From contig JBHIAV010000045.1 in the NCBI GenBank assembly GCA_046758745.1, positions 1-24,111 on the forward strand: a DNA stretch of 24,111 nucleotides, in the 5' to 3' direction. This document shows positions 18,648 through 24,111 of this stretch, one piece after another. The position numbers were made by a program, and so were the translations under genes. The stretch is from Gemmatimonadota bacterium (GTDB lineage: Bacteria > Gemmatimonadota > Gemmatimonadetes > Palauibacterales > Palauibacteraceae). The notes below the pieces were generated by a model that saw only the letters and a list, made by a program, of their open reading frames with translations, did no database searches and was not told the DNA's origin. Numbering within the stretch: position 1 is the first letter of the stretch; each line of letters starts with the position of its first letter.

Positions 18648-20294
18648 ATGCAAGCAGAGCGAGGCCGCCCGCCCCGCTGTCGCCGCGCATCCTGCGAGTC
18701 GTCGGATCTAAGGGGAGGAAATGGGCACTGCGGTCGGGCCGGTGGGGGGCGGCGGTCGGGCCTTCGCCCTTCTGCGGCGGGATTCTCCCTGCTCGCCTCT
18801 CTCTTCCTTCTCCTCGGCCTCGTGAGGGCGACGTTCGGACAATCCTCCGAGGTCCCGCAGGAAGTCCCCGCCGCTCTTCCCGCGCCGACGCCTTCGCCCA
18901 AGCTCCCGCCTTCGCTCCGGATGCCGCCTCCAGCCCAGCTCCCGGCTTCGCTCGATCCGGCGCCTTCGGCCCAGCCTTCGCGTCCGTCCGGGGCGGCGCG
19001 TCCGCCCAGGGGTGCGCCGGCCGACCCGGAAGCCGATGCCGCGGTGCAGGAAGACTCGATCGTCGTGATCGAGCGGGGGACCCCCGCCGTCAACGGCTGG
19101 GACGTGGCGGAGCTCCCGTTCAGGCTCGTCACCCTCCCCATCCTGATCATCGGGAACGGCAGCAAGCTTGCATTCGGCGGCAAGGGCTACCTGATCCCGA
19201 ACGTCACCCACCTGTTCGGTCAGATCCAGGCGAGAGGCGTCCACCCCTTGATCCACCGGCAGGGAGCAAGCTCCAGCATTGGGGGTGGCCTTCTTCTCGG
19301 CGTCCCGCCCACGCGCGAAGGCCCGTGGGCCCACGTCCTCGGTGGCGCCACGATCAAGGAGTACTGGCTGCTGGGCGCCCGCCTCGGGTACGGCTCGGAG
19401 TACCCGGAGCCGCGCCCGCGGCTCGGGATACGGCGCGGCGGCCCCTTCACGGTCCAGGGGTACGGATTCCGGGCGCACCGGGCACAGGACAAGTTCTACG
19501 GCCCGGGCCGGGACAGCCGGAACGAGAACCGCTCCGACTACGACCGAGATCAGTACGAGGCGGGAGCGGTGGTCATCCTGCGTCCCCTCCCCAACTCGGA
19601 ACTCCGGTTCTTCGCCCGGTGGACGCAGGACGATATCGGGGCGGGGGACGCCGATGATCTGCCGGACGTCGATTCCACCTTCGCCGCCAGCGAGATTCCG
19701 GGCTTCGGGGAGCGCTGGCGGTACGTCTCGTTCGGGACCACGGTGGGGTGGCGCGTGGGGCGCCTGCACACGATGCAGAGGCACGACCGGTGGCTCGAGG
19801 CGAGCTACACGTGGAACGACAGCCGGAGCGACGGGGCCGCCGACTACGGGCGCCTGGAGCTGTCGGCCGGGATCGAGCTCCCGTTCGACCGGAAGCGGGA
19901 GAGCCTTGCTTTCGCGCTTCGCTACGTGGCGCTCCGGCCGAGCGGCGAAGGGGCGATTCCCTTCTACCGCCTGGCATCCCTGGGGGGCAGCCACAGCCTG
20001 GCCTCCTACCACACGTATCGATTCGCCGATCAGGAATCCATCCTCGGTCAGGCCGAGTATCGATACCGTGTGTGGAGCGAGGTGCGTGACGAGTTCTGGC
20101 TCGACGGGATCCTCTTTCTGTACGAGGGGATGGTCGCCGAGAGCCTGAGCGACGAGTTCCGCTTCGAGCGACTGAAGGAGAGCTACGGCTTCGGTCTCGC
20201 CTTCATAACGCCGGAGTCGGAGGTCGCCCGGATCACCTTCAACTGGGGAGACGACGGGTTCCTGGGTCGTTTCTCCTTCCTGTTCGGCCTGTGA
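18648..20294 (+). CDS. Omp85/BamA/TamA-like outer-membrane beta-barrel protein without obvious POTRA domains (start uncertain: 18585 or 18648)
   Basis: Signal-like h-region FSLLASLFLLLGLVRATFG; Pro/Ala-rich linker; amphipathic strands; FYGPG..S, IPFY.L.SLGG....Y...RF.D...L.QAEYRY, SYGFGL and terminal FSFLFGL are typical of surface-antigen barrels. Confidence 0.72.
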   Translation: MQAERGRPPRCRRASCESSDLRGGNGHCGRAGGGRRSGLRPSAAGFSLLASLFLLLGLVRATFGQSSEVPQEVPAALPAPTPSPKLPPSLRMPPPAQLPASLDPAPSAQPSRPSGAARPPRGAPADPEADAAVQEDSIVVIERGTPAVNGWDVAELPFRLVTLPILIIGNGSKLAFGGKGYLIPNVTHLFGQIQARGVHPLIHRQGASSSIGGGLLLGVPPTREGPWAHVLGGATIKEYWLLGARLGYGSEYPEPRPRLGIRRGGPFTVQGYGFRAHRAQDKFYGPGRDSRNENRSDYDRDQYEAGAVVILRPLPNSELRFFARWTQDDIGAGDADDLPDVDSTFAASEIPGFGERWRYVSFGTTVGWRVGRLHTMQRHDRWLEASYTWNDSRSDGAADYGRLELSAGIELPFDRKRESLAFALRYVALRPSGEGAIPFYRLASLGGSHSLASYHTYRFADQESILGQAEYRYRVWSEVRDEFWLDGILFLYEGMVAESLSDEFRFERLKESYGFGLAFITPESEVARITFNWGDDGFLGRFSFLFGL

Positions 20295-22111
20295 TGCGGC
20301 GAGCGCTCGGTTCCGGCCCCGTCGCCAGGTGGGGGGAGAGTCGCCTCTCGCTCGCCGGCCCGGCCCGGATCGCGGGCCCCCTTCCGAAGCGACTCAAGCC
20401 GCTCGCGGCCCTGCTCATGGCGACCGCGCTGGCCGGGTGCTCGTCGAACCGCGTCGTGGTGCGCCAGGGCTCGAGTCCGGCGCCGGAGCCCCGGCCGCTC
20501 CCCGACGCCCTGGCGGAGAGGGACCCGAGTGTCCTCGGCGACTTCCTCGAGCACTCCGTCCTCCGACCCGGCCTTCACACCTTCAACCTGCCGTTCACGC
20601 TGAAGCGCTGGGTGGGCTACCGCACCGAGGCGTACAACGTGACGGCCGAGGACGACGTGTCCGACCGGGCGTGGTTCGTCCACCGCAATGCCCGTCACCG
20701 GATGTCCCCGGAGGCGGTGGCCAGCGGCCCCATGCCCGGCGGAGCGCCCGACACGAGCGAAGCCCTGACGATCATCCGCGCTAAGGCCGTCGGGATCACG
20801 CCGGGCTTCACGATCCGGGACCGGAACGGAGCGGTCTTCCAGGTGAAGTTCGACCCGCCCGGCTACCCGGAGATGTCGAGCGCCGCCGAGGTGATCAGCG
20901 GCCGCCTCTTCCATGCAGCCGGGTACCACGTGCCCGCGACCTACATCGTGGCCCTCGATCCGTTGAAGCTCGAGGTGGCGCCCGACGTCACCTACCTCGA
21001 CAAGCTCGGACGGGAACATCCCTTTACCCAGCAACGGGTGAACGAGCTCCTGGGCCGGGTGGCGCGGCTCCCCGACGGCCGCGTCCGGGCGGTGGCCAGC
21101 AGGTTTCTGGAGGGCACGAACATCGGCCCCTTCTCCTTCGACGGTACGCGGCGCGACGATCCGGCCGACACGATCCCCCACCAGCACCGCCGGGAGCTGA
21201 GGGGCCTGTACGTCATGGCCGCGTGGCTCAACCACGTCGATATCCGCCAGCACAACACCCTGGACATGGTGGTGGAAGAGAACGGGCGCCGCTTCGTCCG
21301 GCACCATCTGATCGACTTCGGCGCCTCACTCGGAAGCGGCAGCATCCAGCCCAACTTCCCGCGGGACGGCGTGGAGCACGACGTGGACCTGACCGACATC
21401 TTCGCCCGCATCCTCACCGCGAACATCTACTCGACTCGATGGGAGCGGTACGACGGCGGGGTCAAATATCCATCCGTGGGGTTCTACACGTCGGATCTCT
21501 TCGACCCGGGGAGCTGGACGGCGGACTATCCGAACCCGGCCTTCTACGAACGGACGGCGCGCGACGGCTACTGGGGCGCCAAGCTCGTGGGGAGCTTCAG
21601 CGAAGAGCAGATCCGGGCCGCCGTGGCGGCCGGTCAGCTGAGCGATCCGGCCGCGGCGGAGTACCTGACGGGCGAGATCCTCAAGCGGCAGGAGATGACC
21701 CTGCGCTACTGGTTCCTGCGCGCCACACCGCTCGAGGAGCTCGCCGTCGCGGGCGGGCCCGACGCACCCTCCCTCTCCTTCCGTGATCTGGCGGCAGCGC
21801 ACGGCTACGTGCGCGCCGGTGAACGCGCGTACGAGGTCCGCTTCGAGTTCCCGGCCGTCCACCTGAAGTCCAGGGAAACCGCTCGACTGCGGCTGGATGC
21901 GAACGGGAGGGGGAGGCTCGAGCTCCCCTTCCCCGCTGGAGCCGACCGGGAGTTCTGGGACGAGCTCCGCCGGCGTCCGGCCCGCAAGCGCATCGCGAAG
22001 CTCGAGGTCAAGGCGATCCCCGGGCCGGGCGACCCCGGGGCGCGCTCGGTTCGCATCTACCTCCTGCCGAGCCGCAAGACCGGATACCGAATCGTCGGGC
22101 GCGCGTATTAG
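20291..22111 (+). CDS. Lipoprotein with atypical protein-kinase-like catalytic domain (HipA/PI3K/CotH-like motif set)
   Basis: GTGATG overlap with the upstream stop; lipobox ALAGC (Cys codon 20438); K186 in FQVKFD, E200 in SAAEV, D317-x4-N322 in WLNHVDIRQHN, D342-F-G in LIDFGASLG. Confidence 0.7.
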   Translation: MMRRALGSGPVARWGESRLSLAGPARIAGPLPKRLKPLAALLMATALAGCSSNRVVVRQGSSPAPEPRPLPDALAERDPSVLGDFLEHSVLRPGLHTFNLPFTLKRWVGYRTEAYNVTAEDDVSDRAWFVHRNARHRMSPEAVASGPMPGGAPDTSEALTIIRAKAVGITPGFTIRDRNGAVFQVKFDPPGYPEMSSAAEVISGRLFHAAGYHVPATYIVALDPLKLEVAPDVTYLDKLGREHPFTQQRVNELLGRVARLPDGRVRAVASRFLEGTNIGPFSFDGTRRDDPADTIPHQHRRELRGLYVMAAWLNHVDIRQHNTLDMVVEENGRRFVRHHLIDFGASLGSGSIQPNFPRDGVEHDVDLTDIFARILTANIYSTRWERYDGGVKYPSVGFYTSDLFDPGSWTADYPNPAFYERTARDGYWGAKLVGSFSEEQIRAAVAAGQLSDPAAAEYLTGEILKRQEMTLRYWFLRATPLEELAVAGGPDAPSLSFRDLAAAHGYVRAGERAYEVRFEFPAVHLKSRETARLRLDANGRGRLELPFPAGADREFWDELRRRPARKRIAKLEVKAIPGPGDPGARSVRIYLLPSRKTGYRIVGRAY

Positions 22112-22217
22112 CTGCGGCACCGCGGGGGCGACCGGCCGTCCCGCCCCGGCAGGCGCGAAGCGACGGCCCGCTCCCTCCGGTCGCCCACCTGCGAGTCAGG
22201 GCCCGTGACCGGCCCCT

Positions 22218-23795
22218 TTACGCGGCGCGCCGGTCCTCGCCGACGCAGGGCGCCCGACCCGCCTCAACCAGCCGCCTGTACTCCCTGCCGATGAGAGCGG
22301 CGGTCACCAGCGCGAGCGCGACGATCGCCACGTTCACCACCGCGAAGTGGCGCGTTCCCAACGCCAGATAGGTGGTCCCCACGAAGACCAGACCGGCCGA
22401 TGACACGTCTCCCGCCCGAACGAAGAAGGTGTCGATCGCTTGCTTGGCCTTGTACTTCTGCTCGCGCGTGCAGGGGAGGAAGATCACGTTCCGCACCGTG
22501 TTCTGCAGGGAATAGTCCGTGGCGTTCTCCACCGTCTTCGCCCAGCGCACGTAGCCGAGGACCGGCAGGGATGCGATGAGGAGGTTGGAGCCGAGGGCGA
22601 TCAGCGGCAGGATGAGGAGCGAGGCGCGCATGCCCAGATACTTGATCACACGCGAGACGAGGAAGAGCTGGATCAGGAGCCCGAGCGTGTTCACCCCGCC
22701 GTAAAAGCCCGCCAAGAAGCTCCCGATGTACTCCTTTTCGGAACCGGCCATGAGCGCTCCCCTGGATACGGCTTGCGCGGCGGTGTTCTCCACCAGCTTG
22801 TCGAGGATATACCCTCCGTTGGTGTTCACCCAGGTCAGAAAGAGCATCAGCAGACCGATGAGAAGGAGGTACCGGCAACGCAGTACCGTCCGGTAGGGGT
22901 TCTCGCGGCTCCCCCCCAGCTCGACCTCCTCGAGGCTCGCCTCCAGCGTCGCCTTCCGGCGGGCCTCCGGCTCGGGGGGCGCCTCGCCCTTCTCGAGGGC
23001 CCTTCGCACCTCGGCCAGCGAGATCTCGCCGGTGATCGCCTTCCGCACGTCGTCGATCCGCATCTCGCCGGTGATCGCCTTACGCACCTCGGCGAGCGGG
23101 ATCTCCTGCGAGGCGGCGGGCATCGCCCCGCTGGTGAGCACGTTCGGGAGGTCAGCCTCCGTCCGCCGCCGCTCGCGGGCGTCCACGTAGTTCGTGACCC
23201 ACAGGCTGGCGACGAGGATGCCCCCGGCGACCAGCATCGGCGGATAAACGCCCGCCAGGTCGATGACGCCCCCCGTGCTGAAGCTCCCGGCCACGGCGCC
23301 CAGCGACGCGCCGACGGCCACGATCGGGAAGAGCCGCTCCCCTTCCTCGTTGCTGTAGACGTCGTTGGCGAACGCCCAGAGCTGGGCCACCACCATCACG
23401 TTGAAGATCCCCGTCCACAGAAAGAACGCGACCCCCTGGACGAGCAGCGAGACGGGGAGCTGCCCGATGAAGAAGAAGACGACGAGGCAGGCTGCGAAGA
23501 AGAACGTCACCACGTTGATCAGCCGGCGGCGCGGCATCCGATTGGCCAGCGCTCCGTAGGCGGGAACGACGAAGAGGAGGAGCAGGACGAGCCCGGCCGA
23601 CAGGTAGCTCTTCAGCTCCGCGCCGCCGCCCGTGATAATGAGGGAGTCCCGCACCGGCTTGATGAAGGAATACGCCGCGAGGATGAGGAAGAGGTTGATG
23701 GCGAGAAGGAGCGCCGTGGCCCCCTCGCCCGACCGCACATCGGCGAACAGGCGAAGGAAGCGGTCGATGGGGCTCAGGCGCCGCACTCTGTGCAC
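22218..23795 (-). CDS. NTT/TLC (Npt1/Npt2, ATP/ADP translocase-like) MFS nucleotide transporter
   Basis: AAGAGAGGAG SD before GTG 23795; about 12 TM; AYSFIKPVRDSL, FFLW.GIFN......WAFANDVY..EEGERLFP, ENATDYSLQNT, REQKYKAKQAIDTFFVRAGD. Confidence 0.85.
   Translation of the reverse strand: MHRVRRLSPIDRFLRLFADVRSGEGATALLLAINLFLILAAYSFIKPVRDSLIITGGGAELKSYLSAGLVLLLLFVVPAYGALANRMPRRRLINVVTFFFAACLVVFFFIGQLPVSLLVQGVAFFLWTGIFNVMVVAQLWAFANDVYSNEEGERLFPIVAVGASLGAVAGSFSTGGVIDLAGVYPPMLVAGGILVASLWVTNYVDARERRRTEADLPNVLTSGAMPAASQEIPLAEVRKAITGEMRIDDVRKAITGEISLAEVRRALEKGEAPPEPEARRKATLEASLEEVELGGSRENPYRTVLRCRYLLLIGLLMLFLTWVNTNGGYILDKLVENTAAQAVSRGALMAGSEKEYIGSFLAGFYGGVNTLGLLIQLFLVSRVIKYLGMRASLLILPLIALGSNLLIASLPVLGYVRWAKTVENATDYSLQNTVRNVIFLPCTREQKYKAKQAIDTFFVRAGDVSSAGLVFVGTTYLALGTRHFAVVNVAIVALALVTAALIGREYRRLVEAGRAPCVGEDRRAA
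22989..23105 (-). repeat. 39-bp / 13-aa triple repeat in the central loop of the transporter
   Basis: EIPLAEVRKAITG / EMRIDDVRKAITG / EISLAEVRRALEK; the 20-mer atctcgccggtgatcgcctt occurs exactly at 23023 and 23062. Confidence 0.85.
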
Positions 23796-23981
23796 GAGGG
23801 CTCCTCTCTTCTCGACCCTCAGTCGTGCCTTCCGCGGGCCACCTAGCGAAGCAGCCGCTCCCGATCCGCCGTCGCCCGCGCCGACGGGCGCGTTTCGCCA
23901 TCAGCACGGCGATGAGCAGAACGGCGCACAGCACGACCCCGACGCGCCGCGGGCGAAGCAGCGCTCGCCACGGAAGAGGCA

Positions 23982-23998
23982 TGCAGACTTTTTGCCAG
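23982..23998 (-). promoter_or_regulatory. Candidate sigma54 (-24/-12) promoter for the NTT gene
   Basis: The minus strand reads CTGGCAAAAAGTCTGCA: TGGCA...TGCA with exact GG-N10-GC spacing, about 185 nt upstream of GTG 23795. Confidence 0.45.
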
Positions 23999-24111
23999 GG
24001 GAGCGGAAGCCGGCCGTCCGCAGGATACGGGTACGGGCGCTCGCCCGCGACAGGGAGGCGAGTCGACGGCGTAGGCAGGAGCGCCGTTCCGGCGGAGGCG
24101 GGGGCGATCGC

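Noticed and set aside
22124-22147. GC hairpin (ggggcg...cgcccc) between the convergent kinase and NTT genes as an intrinsic terminator
   Set aside because: Short imperfect stem with no U-tract on either strand; not distinguishable from background at this GC content.
23152-24111. Open minus-strand frame with a TM-like stretch and Arg-rich tail (VGVVLCAVLLIAVLMAKRARRR)
   Set aside because: It continues about 640 nt out of frame into the NTT gene, has no SD before ATG 23982 and no recognisable domain; a small peptide cannot be excluded but is unsupported.

Overview
A very GC-rich bacterial window. The CtaG N-terminus (WWCSAQG..W.WRPYPGVW) and the lipoproteins suggest a diderm such as Gemmatimonadota, but this is inference only. 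Left arm: a YbhB/YbcL (PEBP) lipoprotein, endonuclease V with a 15-bp tandem repeat at its 5' end, a PKD + metallophosphoesterase lipoprotein and a Zn-dependent dehydrogenase. Centre (4472-17121): a tightly packed 8-gene operon behind a good sigma70-type promoter that resembles a remodelled anaerobic purine/urate (2,8-dioxopurine-type, xdh/ygfK/ssnA/ygeY/ygeW) catabolic cluster. Its YgfK lacks the FAD/NAD(P)H module, an allantoinase-type enzyme stands in the HyuA position, the YgeW-like carbamoyltransferase is compact, and two fold-type II PLP enzymes are present with no recognisable DpaL/YgeX. Right arm: ctaG, an internally deleted SCO remnant, then the most novel candidate system. That system is a POTRA-less Omp85-like barrel translationally coupled to a lipoprotein with a full kinase-like catalytic motif set (VKFD...E...HVDIRQHN...DFG), facing an NTT/TLC ATP/ADP-translocase-family transporter, i.e. 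a possible extracytoplasmic ATP-supplied phosphorylation module. All family calls come from motif recognition by eye; no searches were run.
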